This document shows positions 9,595-19,341 of a stretch of DNA of 38,450 nucleotides, one piece after another. Source of the DNA: Acidobacteriota bacterium (GTDB lineage: Bacteria; Acidobacteriota; Polarisedimenticolia; J045). The stretch spans positions 1 to 38,450 of the forward strand of contig RFIB01000100.1 of the NCBI GenBank assembly GCA_003695625.1. The letters run 5' to 3'. Within the stretch, counting starts at the first letter, position 1. The number at the start of each line of letters is the position of its first letter. Under the pieces are notes generated by a model. That model worked only from the letters and a program-made list of their open reading frames with translations, searched no databases and was not told where the DNA came from. The position numbers and the translations under genes were made by a program.

Positions 9595-10665
9595 TCAGCG
9601 CTCCGCGGCGCGCGGGCGCAGGTGCCGGGCGAGAAACGCCCAGATCTTCCGCCGCGACTCGCGCGCGAGCTTCGAGTCCATCCGGTTGAAGCTGTGGCCT
9701 CCGGGAGCGTCGCGGTAGATCTCGTACTCGAATTCCCGGCCGGCCGCCTGCAGGCTCTTGATCAGGTGCTCGACCTCGACGACGTTGACGTCCCGGTCGT
9801 TCGTGTTGGCGTGGACCAGCAGCGGAACGCGCAGCTTGTGCGCGTTCCATGCGGGCGAGCGGCGGCGGTACTCGTCGACGTCCTCGTACGGCGTCCGGCC
9901 GATGTGGTAGTCGGCCGAGTAGAGCCGCCGGTAGGCGTCCGTCTGGTAGCCGAGGCGCGCCAGCAGGTCGGAGACCGGCACTCCGGCGTAGGCTGCCTGG
10001 AACGCGTCGGGGTGATCGAACGCGGCCATCAGCGCGATCAGCCCGCCGTGGGACCAGCCGAGGATCCCGACCCGCGCGCAGTCCGCCTCGGGAACCGCCT
10101 CGCACGCCCAGTCGCGCGCGGCGACGACGTCGTCGACCTCCAGGCCGCCGTAGTCGATCGCCCGCCAGTACTCGCGCCCGTACCCGGTCGACCCGCGATA
10201 CTCGGGGGCGACGACGACATAGCCCTCGGCCATCAGCTCGCGCACGACGTGCGTGTAGTACGTGTCGAAGTCACCGTGGACGCCGCCGTGGGGAAACAGC
10301 AGCAGCGGCGCCCGGGCGCCGGACGCCAGCGCGCGCGGGACGAACACGTAGGCCCACATCCGGAACGGATGGCGCTCGTTGGCGATGCCGTATGTCTGCT
10401 CGGCGCGCGGATTCGGCACCGTGGGGATGAACACCTTGTCGATCCGCGCCACGTCCCCGACGCGCTCGAACCACAGCACGTCGTCGACCTTCTTGGCGAC
10501 GCGGTCGAGCGCGAAGGAGAGTTCCTCGAGCCGGCGCTCGACGGCGGCAAGCCGCGCGTCGAGAGCGTCCGGCGATCCGTCCCCGGAGCCGGCGGCCGCC
10601 GGCGTCAGGAACCCGGCGGCAAGCAGTCCCGCAATCAGCACCGCAGCGATTCGACTCGTCGTCAT
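9595..10665 (-). CDS. Secreted S9 (prolyl oligopeptidase-family) alpha/beta-hydrolase
   Basis: Signal peptide; HGGVH, YRGSTGYG, GWSHGG nucleophile, D-x-x-V and GHSF. Confidence 0.85.
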   Translation of the reverse strand: MTTSRIAAVLIAGLLAAGFLTPAAAGSGDGSPDALDARLAAVERRLEELSFALDRVAKKVDDVLWFERVGDVARIDKVFIPTVPNPRAEQTYGIANERHPFRMWAYVFVPRALASGARAPLLLFPHGGVHGDFDTYYTHVVRELMAEGYVVVAPEYRGSTGYGREYWRAIDYGGLEVDDVVAARDWACEAVPEADCARVGILGWSHGGLIALMAAFDHPDAFQAAYAGVPVSDLLARLGYQTDAYRRLYSADYHIGRTPYEDVDEYRRRSPAWNAHKLRVPLLVHANTNDRDVNVVEVEHLIKSLQAAGREFEYEIYRDAPGGHSFNRMDSKLARESRRKIWAFLARHLRPRAAER

Positions 10666-10732
10666 CGGCCGCTCTCCTCGCGGACGCGCCGCGGGCGGGA
10701 CCGGCGGCGCCCGTCGCACGCCGGGCAGGGTA

Positions 10733-12334
10733 TCAGGGACCGGGCGGCGTCGGCGCCCCGGATCCGACCGGCTCGGGCGGCTCGTCGGACGGGCTCGTGT
10801 CGAGGGCGCGCCTGAGCACCTTCCCGGAACTCGTGTGAGGCAGCTCGTCGACGAGATGGATCGCCTTCGGCCGCGCGAACGGCTCGAGGTGGCGCGCGCA
10901 GTGCCGCCGCAGCTCCGCCACATCGAGCCCTTCTTCGCGCGGGACGACATGGGCCTCGATCGCCTGGCCGAGCAGCGGGTCGTCGACGCCGCGAACCGCA
11001 GCGAGCAGCACGCCGGGATGCTCGAGCAGGACCGACTCCACCTCGCGCGGCGCGACCTTCTCGCCACGCGTCTTGATCACGTCGTCCCGGCGGGCGACGA
11101 AGTAGTAGAAGCCGTCCTCGTCGCGCCGGAACAGATCTCCGGTGCGGCAGACCCGCTCCCCGGGCAGCGGTCCGGGAGGAAACCTCGCCGCGCTGGCCTC
11201 GGGATCGTTCCAGTAGCCGCGCATCACGTGACGCCCGCGCGCGACGAGTTCGCCGATCTCGCCGGGACCGACGGGCCGGCCCTCGTCATCCTCGAGCCAC
11301 ACCTCCGTCCCCGGAATCGCGATGCCGACCGACCCGGGCCGGCGATCGACCTCCTCGGGGGGCAGCCACAGGGTGCGCTTGGTCTCGGTCAGCCCGTACA
11401 TCTTGATCAGCCGGACCCACGGCAGCCGCTGGCGCAGCTCGCGAACATGCACCGTCGGCAGTGCCGCGGCGGTGTTCGTCATGTAGCGCAGCGAACTCAG
11501 GTCGTACTGCTCGAGATCCATGCGCAGCAGCAGCGCGAACAGGGTCGGCACCCCGGGAAGGCCGGTCACGCGCTCGCGGACGATCTCCTCGAGGATCCGC
11601 GCCGGGTACGTGAAGCCGCGCCCGAGCACGACGCGCCCGCCGACGCGGAACCCCATCAGCACCTGGTACAGGCCGTAGTCGAACGACAGCGGCAGGGCGT
11701 TGTAGATCACGTCGTCCTCGACGTTGCCGACATACTCGATGATCGAGCCGGACGCGAAGACGACGTTGTCGTGACCGCAGATCACGCCCTTGGGCCGGCC
11801 CGTCGAGCCGGAGGTGTAGATCAGGCACGCGAGGTCGAGATCGATGTTGACCCGCGGCGGGCGGTCGGCCGGCTGGCCGGCGAGCAGGTCGTCCCAGCCG
11901 ACGGCCAGCGCGGATCCGTCGGCAAGACGGCCCGCCTCGGGCCCGGCCAGCCCGACGACGCGCAGCGCCGCCCGCGAGGCGAGCACCGCTTCGAGGGCCG
12001 CGCGCGTGGGAGGAGCGGCCCAGCCGAGAAAGGCCGTCGCCTCGCAGTCGCCGAGGACGTAGCGGAGCTTGTCCGGCGGCGTGTCCGGATTGACGAACAC
12101 GAACGCCGCGCCCGCCTTGAGAGCGGCGAACAGCGCGACCGGGGCCTCGAGCACGTTCGGCATCGAGACCACGACGCGGTCGCCGCGGCGCACGCCGGCC
12201 GCGACGAGGGCGTGCGCGAGCCGGTTGGCCCGCTGCTCCACCTCGGCGTACGTCAGGCGCACGCCGTCGGCGGACAGACAGGGCTTGTCGGGAAGGCGAT
12301 CGGCCGATCGCTCGAGGAACTCCTGCACGAGCAT
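10733..12334 (-). CDS. AMP-dependent acyl-CoA synthetase/ligase (ANL superfamily)
   Basis: IYTSGSTGRPKG, LPLSFDYG, MYGLTE, RTGD, and a C-terminal SGK. Confidence 0.9.
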   Translation of the reverse strand: MLVQEFLERSADRLPDKPCLSADGVRLTYAEVEQRANRLAHALVAAGVRRGDRVVVSMPNVLEAPVALFAALKAGAAFVFVNPDTPPDKLRYVLGDCEATAFLGWAAPPTRAALEAVLASRAALRVVGLAGPEAGRLADGSALAVGWDDLLAGQPADRPPRVNIDLDLACLIYTSGSTGRPKGVICGHDNVVFASGSIIEYVGNVEDDVIYNALPLSFDYGLYQVLMGFRVGGRVVLGRGFTYPARILEEIVRERVTGLPGVPTLFALLLRMDLEQYDLSSLRYMTNTAAALPTVHVRELRQRLPWVRLIKMYGLTETKRTLWLPPEEVDRRPGSVGIAIPGTEVWLEDDEGRPVGPGEIGELVARGRHVMRGYWNDPEASAARFPPGPLPGERVCRTGDLFRRDEDGFYYFVARRDDVIKTRGEKVAPREVESVLLEHPGVLLAAVRGVDDPLLGQAIEAHVVPREEGLDVAELRRHCARHLEPFARPKAIHLVDELPHTSSGKVLRRALDTSPSDEPPEPVGSGAPTPPGP

Positions 12335-12455
12335 GGCCCGGCCTCCGGGTCACGCTCGGCCACGCCCCCCCTGCCGGGGACCGGTCGCCCCGTCCCGGCG
12401 GTGCGGGTTCGTGCGTGTTGGTACGGAGATCGTCGCCGGCTGTCAACCCCGTCGA

Positions 12456-12590
12456 GGTGCCGCGAAAAAATCGCGCCGCACCGCAGCGTGCGGCGCGGTG
12501 CGGCATGCCGTCCGGCCCTCCGCGCGATCCCCGGCGCCGGCCGCGGGATCCGGAGCATGCCGCAACGCGGCGCGATTTTTTCGAGGCACC
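12456..12590. repeat. 135-bp intergenic element with 24-bp terminal inverted repeats and nested inner inverted repeats
   Basis: GGTGCCGCGAAAAAATCGCGCCGC (12456-12479) vs GCGGCGCGATTTTTTCGAGGCACC (12567-12590), 23/24 complementary. Inner pair TGCGGCATGC (12499-12508) / GCATGCCGCA (12555-12564) is perfect. Confidence 0.85.
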
Positions 12591-12738
12591 GCCGCAGATT
12601 GCCCACGAGGGGATGACGGATCCGTCCTCGCGGGACTTGCTTGACTTGTCCGTGAAATCAGCGAAGCCTCTCCCCCGCGCGCCCGCCGGCGGGATCGCGG
12701 CTCCGGCGAGTCCCGGGCCCGGGTCGCGCGGGGAGACC

Positions 12739-13521
12739 ATGGCTCACGAGGGGGCCTCACCGAACGCCGCGCGCGACCGCGAGCTGTTCGACGCCATCGC
12801 CGACCGGTACGCGCGCAAGGACCTGCTGCCCGCCTCGCGGGCGGCCCGCCGCGAGCGGCTGCTGCGGACGCTCGCGGCGATCCCGGAGCTGCCCGAGCGG
12901 CCGGCCGTCCTCGAGATCGGCTGCGGCGCCGGGTACGCGGCGGACTACCTGGCCGGCCGCTACCGGTCGTATCTCGGCATCGATCACTCGCGACGCCTGA
13001 TCGAGCACGCCCGCCGCCGCCATGCGAACGGTGTCGCGCGCTTCGAGGTGGCCGACGCCGCGAGCCTCGACGACGGGCAGCGCTACGATCTGGTCCTGAT
13101 GATCGGCGTGCTGCACCACCTCGAGGATCCGCTCGCCGCGCTGCGGACCGCCCGCCGCCTGCTGCGGCCCGGCGGATACGTCGCGGCCAACGAGCCCCAG
13201 CCCGCCAACCCGGTGGTCCAGCTCGCCCGGGCGCTGCGCAAGCGGATCGACAGCACCTACTCCGAGGACCAGTGCACGCTGTCGTGCCGCCAGCTGCGCT
13301 CCCTGTACGAGGCGGCCGCGCTCGAGCAGATCCGGATCGTGCCCCAGGGGCTGCTCTCGACGCCGTTCGCCGAGGTCCCCGCCCCGGCACAGTGGCTCTC
13401 CGCGCCGGTCTCGCGGCTGGCCTGCCGCGCCGACCGCGTGCTCGAGCGCCCCGCCGCGCTGGCCCGCCGGCTGAGCTGGAATCTCGTCGCCGTCGGCCGC
13501 CGGCCCCCTGGCGACCGATGA
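12739..13521 (+). CDS. Class I SAM-dependent methyltransferase
   Basis: VLEIGCGAG, LGIDHS, YDLVLMIGVLHHL, LLRPGG; GGAG RBS before ATG 12739. Confidence 0.85.
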   Translation: MAHEGASPNAARDRELFDAIADRYARKDLLPASRAARRERLLRTLAAIPELPERPAVLEIGCGAGYAADYLAGRYRSYLGIDHSRRLIEHARRRHANGVARFEVADAASLDDGQRYDLVLMIGVLHHLEDPLAALRTARRLLRPGGYVAANEPQPANPVVQLARALRKRIDSTYSEDQCTLSCRQLRSLYEAAALEQIRIVPQGLLSTPFAEVPAPAQWLSAPVSRLACRADRVLERPAALARRLSWNLVAVGRRPPGDR

Positions 13522-13928
13522 GACGCCTCGCCGGCGCGTTCGGCCGCTTCGGGCTGCTCGGGCTGGTCAGCTTCGCGATCAACCTTGCCGTCACGGCCGG
13601 GCTGCACGAGATCGCCGGGCTCGCCGAGGAGTTCGCCTACGCGGTCGCGCTGGGCGTCGTCCTCGTGACGAACTTCGCGGCCTGCCGCCTGTGGGTCTTC
13701 CCCGACTCCGCCGGCAGCGTCGTCGGCCAGGGGTTCGCGTTTCTCCTCTCCTCGTTCGGCTTCCGCGGGGCCGAGTACGTCGCCTTCCTGCTCGTCCACA
13801 CCCTCGGCGGCGTGCACTACCTGCTGACGATCCTCCTCGTCACCGGCGTCTCGACCGTGGTCAAGTTCCTGCACTACCGGTTTCTCGTGTTCCGGACCGG
13901 ACGCGGCCCGCTGCCCGCCGGTCGCTGA
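13518..13928 (+). CDS. GtrA family membrane protein
   Basis: RFGLLG...NFAACRLWVF...KFLHYRFLVF; four hydrophobic segments; ATGA overlap with the methyltransferase. Confidence 0.8.
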   Translation: MRRLAGAFGRFGLLGLVSFAINLAVTAGLHEIAGLAEEFAYAVALGVVLVTNFAACRLWVFPDSAGSVVGQGFAFLLSSFGFRGAEYVAFLLVHTLGGVHYLLTILLVTGVSTVVKFLHYRFLVFRTGRGPLPAGR

Positions 13929-14033
13929 CCCGCGCCGCAACGCGGCGCGCGACGGTCACCGGCTCGCGTATAGTCGGCGCTCCATGCCGGCGCCGGTCCG
14001 CATCCCCGGCCCCCCGCCAGATGGAGAACCCGC

Positions 14034-15341
14034 ATGAAGCGCACCCCGTTTCCGCCCCTGTTCTGGATCGGCAACGTGATCGAGGTCCTCGAGCGGTTCG
14101 CCTACTACGGGCTGTACATGGGCTTCGGCATCTACGTGACCAAGGCCGTCGCCGACGGCGGCCTCGGCTGGGAGAAGGGCCAGCTCGGGGACATCCAGAC
14201 GCTGTTCCTGCTGCTCTCGTACTCGGTCCCGCTGGTTTCCGGGATCCTCGCCGACCGGTACGGATTCAAGCGGCTGCTGATGCTGTCGTACTTCCTGTAC
14301 CTGCCGGGCTTCCTGCTCCTGCTGTGGGCGCGGAGCTTCCTCGGCGTCGTCGCGGTGATGGCGCTGATCGGCATCGCGGCCGGCGTGTTCAAGCCGCTGA
14401 TCGCCGGCACCGTCCGGCTGACGACGGACCACACCAACCGCACGCTCGGCTTCGGGATCTTCTACCTGATGGTCAACGTCGGCGCGTTCTTCGGTCCGAT
14501 GACCGCGGGCGCCCTGCGCACCCATCACTGGAACTGGGCGTTCCTCGCCTCCGCCGTCGCGGTCGTGCTGATGATCGTGGTCACCGCCGTGTTCTACAGG
14601 GATCCGATCGACCCCACGGCGGCGACCGGCAAGCGACCCGAGCTGCTGGCGCAGATCAAGGAGATCTGGCCGTACCTCAAGGACCCGAAGATCCTGCTGT
14701 TCATCATCATCTTCGGCGTGTTCATCGAGATCCCGTTCTGGGCGTTCTTCAACGTCGTCGCCGTGTTCGTCGACGAGTACGTCCGCACCGACATCCTGTA
14801 CGACATGTTCTCGCGCGTGCTCGGCACGACGATCGTCGGCTGGTTCAGCACGGTCGACGAGAACGGCGTGCATCGCATTGCCGGAGAGACGCTGGCCCAC
14901 ACCGCGCTTTACATCATCATCCTGCAGATGTTCGTCACGCGGACGATGGAGCGGCTGCGCTCGGTCCCGGCGGTCGCCGTCGGGATCTTCCTGATGGTGC
15001 TCGGCTGCATCGGGCTCTACTTCTCGACCGGCCCGATGCCGCTGCTGATGTTCGTCGGCATCCTGCTGTTCGCCGTCGGCGAGATGGGCTGCATGCCGCG
15101 TTTCGAGCAGTACCTGATCTCGATGCTGCCGCCGGAGAAGACCGGCCTCGGCGGCGGCCTGCTGCGGATCCCGGTCGCGGTCGGCGCGTTCTCCGGCTCG
15201 ATCATGACGCGCATGTACGGCTGGTTCGAGAACGCGGGCAATCCGCAGGGAATCTGGCTCGTCCAGGCCGGCTGCCTGCTGCTCGGGTTCTTCGCGCTGC
15301 TGATCTACGACCGCGTGTTCCACGCGGCCGAGATCGACTGA
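14034..15341 (+). CDS. MFS transporter, POT/PTR peptide transporter-like
   Basis: EVLERFAYYG (ExxERFxYYG), GILADRYG, FKP, GFGIFYLMVNVGA. Confidence 0.9.
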   Translation: MKRTPFPPLFWIGNVIEVLERFAYYGLYMGFGIYVTKAVADGGLGWEKGQLGDIQTLFLLLSYSVPLVSGILADRYGFKRLLMLSYFLYLPGFLLLLWARSFLGVVAVMALIGIAAGVFKPLIAGTVRLTTDHTNRTLGFGIFYLMVNVGAFFGPMTAGALRTHHWNWAFLASAVAVVLMIVVTAVFYRDPIDPTAATGKRPELLAQIKEIWPYLKDPKILLFIIIFGVFIEIPFWAFFNVVAVFVDEYVRTDILYDMFSRVLGTTIVGWFSTVDENGVHRIAGETLAHTALYIIILQMFVTRTMERLRSVPAVAVGIFLMVLGCIGLYFSTGPMPLLMFVGILLFAVGEMGCMPRFEQYLISMLPPEKTGLGGGLLRIPVAVGAFSGSIMTRMYGWFENAGNPQGIWLVQAGCLLLGFFALLIYDRVFHAAEID

Positions 15342-15354
15342 CCACGCCGCGCGC

Positions 15355-16050
15355 TCAACGGATCGGCTCGCGCCAGCGGTGCGCGAAGCGGGCGCGCAGC
15401 TTCGAGAGCTTGGGCGAGATGACGAGCCGGCAGTAGCCCTGCTGCGTGTTCCTCGCGTAGTAGTCCTGGTGGTACGCCTCGGCTGCCCAGAACCGCTCGA
15501 GGGGCGCGATCTCGGTGACGATCGGCGCATCGAACACCTTCTCGTCCGTCAGCTCGCGGACCAGCGCCCGCGCCTCGTCCCGCTGCCGTTCGTCGCGCCA
15601 GAAGATCGCCGAGCGGTACTGCGTGCCGACGTCCGCACCCTGCCGGTTGAGCGTCGTCGGGTCGTGCATCGCGAAGAAGATCTCGAGGATCTCGCGATAC
15701 GAGATCCGTCCGGGGTCGAAGGTCACCTCGACCGCCTCGGCGTGCCCGGTCTCGCCCGAACAGACCTGCTCGTATGTCGGCTCGTCGACGTGGCCGCCCG
15801 CGTAGCCGACGCGGACCGCGGTCACGCCGTCGATCCGGCGGTACACCGCGTCGAGGCACCAGAAGCAGCCGCCGGCGACGACGGCCACCTCCCCGTCCGG
15901 GCGGGGCTCGTTCACCTCGGTCTCCTCGCGGGGCGCGGTCCCGCCGCGCCCGTCGCCGCAGGCCGCCGGCGGACCGGCAAGCAGCGCGACGGCCACGCAC
16001 AGGGCGGGGATCGCGGCGCCAGGTCCGGTCGACTCGGCTCGGCGGCTCAT
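15355..16050 (-). CDS. msrA: Peptide-methionine (S)-S-oxide reductase
   Basis: GGCFWC, GYAGG, GHAEAV, HDPTTLNRQGADVGTQYRSAIF, AEAYHQDY, GYC. Alternative GTG start at 15915 with GAGGAG RBS. Confidence 0.92.
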   Translation of the reverse strand: MSRRAESTGPGAAIPALCVAVALLAGPPAACGDGRGGTAPREETEVNEPRPDGEVAVVAGGCFWCLDAVYRRIDGVTAVRVGYAGGHVDEPTYEQVCSGETGHAEAVEVTFDPGRISYREILEIFFAMHDPTTLNRQGADVGTQYRSAIFWRDERQRDEARALVRELTDEKVFDAPIVTEIAPLERFWAAEAYHQDYYARNTQQGYCRLVISPKLSKLRARFAHRWREPIR

Positions 16051-16100
16051 GGGGCGATCATGCCCCCGGCCGGCCGATCCGTCACGCGGGGTGCGGCCGG

Positions 16101-16481
16101 TCAGCGCCGGGGCCGGTCCCTGAATCGGCCGGCGAGGAAGACGAGCCGGGTGTTGCCGACCTGGATCTCGTCGAGATGCTTGAGCCGCGTCCACGTCCCC
16201 GTGGCGACGGGGCGATCGTTGAGCGTCGTCCCGTTGCGCGAGGCCAGGTCGGTGATGCGGCAGATCCCGGCGTCGACCTCGATGCGGCAGTGCTCGGCCG
16301 ACACCTCCGGATCGTCGAGGCGGATCGTCGCCTGCTCGTCGCGGCCGACGATCGTCACCGGACCGTTGATCCGGAAGCTGGCCGTCACGTCGGGCCCGGC
16401 GATCGTCGCCAGCACGAACACGTGCGGCGCCGAGAACGGGATCTTCGCCTTCTCGCGGACGCGGGTGGCGACACGGCGCAT
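16101..16481 (-). CDS. FHA domain protein
   Basis: IVGR...DPEVSAEHC...DLASRNGTTLN...DEIQVG FHA signature. Confidence 0.85.
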   Translation of the reverse strand: MRRVATRVREKAKIPFSAPHVFVLATIAGPDVTASFRINGPVTIVGRDEQATIRLDDPEVSAEHCRIEVDAGICRITDLASRNGTTLNDRPVATGTWTRLKHLDEIQVGNTRLVFLAGRFRDRPRR

Positions 16482-16559
16482 GGCGGCTCTCTCCGGGGTC
16501 CGGTCCCTGCAGGCAATCTCGCCGCCACGCGCCGCGCCGTCAACACACGGCGTCCGGGA

Positions 16560-16955
16560 TCAGTCTCGGACCACCGCGCCGACGATCAGCCCGGCGACGA
16601 CCGCCTCGACGACCGTGCCGAGGAACCAGACCAGCGCCATGTGGTACGGGATCGGCATCACGGCGTACGTCCCGTAGCCCATCGACACGCCCATGCCGAT
16701 GCCCCAGACCAGCCCGAACTTCGCGCCGTTGACCGGCGTCCGGTCCGAGACGAACCAGCCCCACAGCGCGGCGAACGCCAGCGCGGCGATCAGCACGGCG
16801 ACGTACATCACGCCGATCTTCATCTCGGCCTGCGGGCGCCACAGCTCGGGCTGCTGCGCGTACGTCCCGCCGAGGATCAGCACGTGGATCACGAAGTCCA
16901 GCACGGCCCAGGCGATGAACACCAGCACGCCACCGATGACGATCTTCTTCCCCAT
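16560..16955 (-). CDS. Small hypothetical membrane protein (about 4 TM)
   Basis: MGKKIVIGGVLVFIAWAVLDFVIH...; AGGAGG RBS; hydrophobic throughout. Confidence 0.75.
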   Translation of the reverse strand: MGKKIVIGGVLVFIAWAVLDFVIHVLILGGTYAQQPELWRPQAEMKIGVMYVAVLIAALAFAALWGWFVSDRTPVNGAKFGLVWGIGMGVSMGYGTYAVMPIPYHMALVWFLGTVVEAVVAGLIVGAVVRD

Positions 16956-16996
16956 CGAGACCTCCTTTCGCGCCCCGACGCGGGCCGGGGCGATCT

Positions 16997-17866
16997 TCAT
17001 CCGCACTCGTCCGGCACCAGCGGTCGCAGGGTCACGCTGCGTCGCGAGTCGACCAGCACGAGGTGGTCGCGGGGCACGAGCCGCCAGCCCGGATCGTCCG
17101 ACAGGCGCTCGGAGCTGACCAGCACCGCGTCGTGCCCGGCCTCCGGCTCGACCATGCGGCAGCGGTCCCCCTCGCAGACGTACCGCCGTCCGGTGTGCAC
17201 GTAGAGGGTCTCGGGCACGGTGTCCGGATCGTCGGCAAAGCGGCAGGCGACCGCCTCGCGGCCGTTGCCGACCACGAGATTCAGCCGGGATACCTCGGTG
17301 CGGCCGTGCGCGCGGGCGCGCGCGAGCACCTGCGAGATCGCGGCGACGAGGGCCTCCGCCATCCGCTCGAGCGGATCCGTCGCGCGGGCTTCGGCCCATC
17401 GATCGAGGAAGACCGCAAACAGCAGTTCCGAGTCGGTGCTGCCCTGGACGACCTCGAAGCTCTCGTCGCTCAGCGAGGCGAGCAGCTCGCGCCGGATCCG
17501 CGGAAAGTGCGCCACCTGCCCGTTGTGCATGAACGCGAACGGCCCGGCGACGAACGGATGGCAGTTGACCTCGGAGACCGGGATCCGGTGGCTCGCCGCC
17601 CGGACGTGGGCGAGCACCGTCCGCGAGCGTGTCACCCGCGCCAGGTGATGCAGGTTCCGGTCGTTCCACGCCGGGCGCACGCTGCGGAACAGCGCCGGCT
17701 CGGGCGAGATCTCGTGCCGGTACCAGGCGAGTCCGAAGCCGTCGCCGTTGAGCGGCTCGCGCCGCTCGAGGCTGTGGTAGCTCTGGTGGACGAGGGAGTT
17801 CCGCGGGCGGGTGACCAGGCTGGCCAGATCGATCTCCGGGCCCTCGTACATCACGAAGCGGCACAC
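16997..17866 (-). CDS. Class II (Ntn) glutamine amidotransferase, EgtC/Dug3-like
   Basis: GTG start giving M-C-R-F (Cys2 nucleophile) with GGAGGA RBS; NGDGFGLAWY, PAWND, AHVRAA, NCHPF, FMHNG, GSTDSE, SSERL. Confidence 0.85.
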   Translation of the reverse strand: MCRFVMYEGPEIDLASLVTRPRNSLVHQSYHSLERREPLNGDGFGLAWYRHEISPEPALFRSVRPAWNDRNLHHLARVTRSRTVLAHVRAASHRIPVSEVNCHPFVAGPFAFMHNGQVAHFPRIRRELLASLSDESFEVVQGSTDSELLFAVFLDRWAEARATDPLERMAEALVAAISQVLARARAHGRTEVSRLNLVVGNGREAVACRFADDPDTVPETLYVHTGRRYVCEGDRCRMVEPEAGHDAVLVSSERLSDDPGWRLVPRDHLVLVDSRRSVTLRPLVPDECG

Positions 17867-17950
17867 GGCGGGTCCTCCCGTCGCGCAGCCTGCCACCGCG
17901 GCGACGACACGGGCAACCGGTCCGGCGTAGAGTGGGCGCGGGAGCACGCC

Positions 17951-19324
17951 ATGCCGCCCTGCGCCCGGTCAGACCGCCGTCCCGCGCGAGCCGTCGCCGC
18001 GCTCGCCGCCGCCTGCCTGCTCGCCGGGCCCGCCGCGCGCGCGGGAACATGGCTCGAGGACCAGGTCCTCCCCCACGACGGTCTCGACCGGCGCTTCCGC
18101 GTCTACGACCCCGGATTCGCCCCACCGGAGGGGATGCCGCTCGTGTTCGTCCTGCACGGCGGAGGCGGCTCGATGGCTTCGGTGACGGACAACGGGACGA
18201 TGGCCGAATGGCCCGACATCGCCGACGAGTACGGGATCCTGCTGATCGTGCCCAACGGCGTGAATCCGGCGACCGGCGATCCGGCCGGCGACGACCAGAA
18301 CTGGAACGACTGCCGCGCCGATGCGCCGGCCGTGGAGACCGGCGCCGACGACGTCGGGTTCGTCTCGGCGCTGATCGACCGGGCCGCCGCGCGCTGGCCG
18401 ATCGACCCGGCACGCGTCTACGCCACCGGGGCATCGAACGGCGGCATGATGAGCTACCGGCTCGCGTTCGAGCTGTCCGATCGCATCGCCGCGATCGCCG
18501 CCTTCATTGCCAACCTGCCCGCGGACAGCGAATGCGGGGAGCCGGAGCATTCCGTCCCGGTGTTCATCTGCAACGGCGACGCCGAAGACGACTACATGCC
18601 GTGGGACGGCGGCTGCGTGAAGGCCGCCTCGGGAACCTGCCGGCGCGGCACGGTGATCGCGGCGGAGGCGACCCGGGACTGGTGGATCGCGCACCTGAAC
18701 ACGACCCGCGAGCCAACCGACATGACCGCCTTTCCCGACCTCGACCCGTCCGACGGATCCACGGTCGAGAGCGCGCTGCACGACGGCGGGTTCGAGGCGG
18801 CCGAGGTGGCGTTCTACCGGGTTCACGGCGGCGGCCACACGACCCCGTCGATCGAGCACCATCGGCCCGCGTGGCTGCTCGCGCTGCTCGGCCTGGGCAG
18901 CCAGAACCACGACATCGAGGGCGCGCGCGAGGCGTGGGCGTTCCTCGCGCGGCACCGGCTCGACGAGCCGGGGGCCGGCACGGCGCCGGGCATCGCGGGT
19001 TTCCTGCGCGTGGCACGGACCGGCGACGGACAGTTGCGACTGACGTTCTCGGGCGACTGCGGCTCGGCAGCGCGGTCGGCGGTCTACCGGGGCGATCTCG
19101 TCGCCGGCTGGGATTCCGTCGCGCCGGAGCCGGGGGCGTGCGATCTCGCCGGGCACGAGGCCCTCGTCCCGGAAGGAACGCGCCCCGCGGAGTTCTTCGT
19201 CGTCGTGCCCCACGACGGCGTGACCGAAGGCTCCTACGGCCGCGAAAGCGACGGCACGCCTCGACCGCCGGCCACCCCGGCATGCCTTCCGCCGGGAGAA
19301 CCCGACGCCTGCGCCGCACGCTGA
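17951..19324 (+). CDS. Secreted PHB depolymerase/LpqC-family esterase with an extra Cys-containing C-terminal domain
   Basis: Signal peptide; PLVFVLHGGGG, DDVGF, IDPARVYATGASNGG, GGGHT. Confidence 0.8.
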   Translation: MPPCARSDRRPARAVAALAAACLLAGPAARAGTWLEDQVLPHDGLDRRFRVYDPGFAPPEGMPLVFVLHGGGGSMASVTDNGTMAEWPDIADEYGILLIVPNGVNPATGDPAGDDQNWNDCRADAPAVETGADDVGFVSALIDRAAARWPIDPARVYATGASNGGMMSYRLAFELSDRIAAIAAFIANLPADSECGEPEHSVPVFICNGDAEDDYMPWDGGCVKAASGTCRRGTVIAAEATRDWWIAHLNTTREPTDMTAFPDLDPSDGSTVESALHDGGFEAAEVAFYRVHGGGHTTPSIEHHRPAWLLALLGLGSQNHDIEGAREAWAFLARHRLDEPGAGTAPGIAGFLRVARTGDGQLRLTFSGDCGSAARSAVYRGDLVAGWDSVAPEPGACDLAGHEALVPEGTRPAEFFVVVPHDGVTEGSYGRESDGTPRPPATPACLPPGEPDACAAR

Positions 19325-19341
19325 TCCGGCCTCCCGGACGA

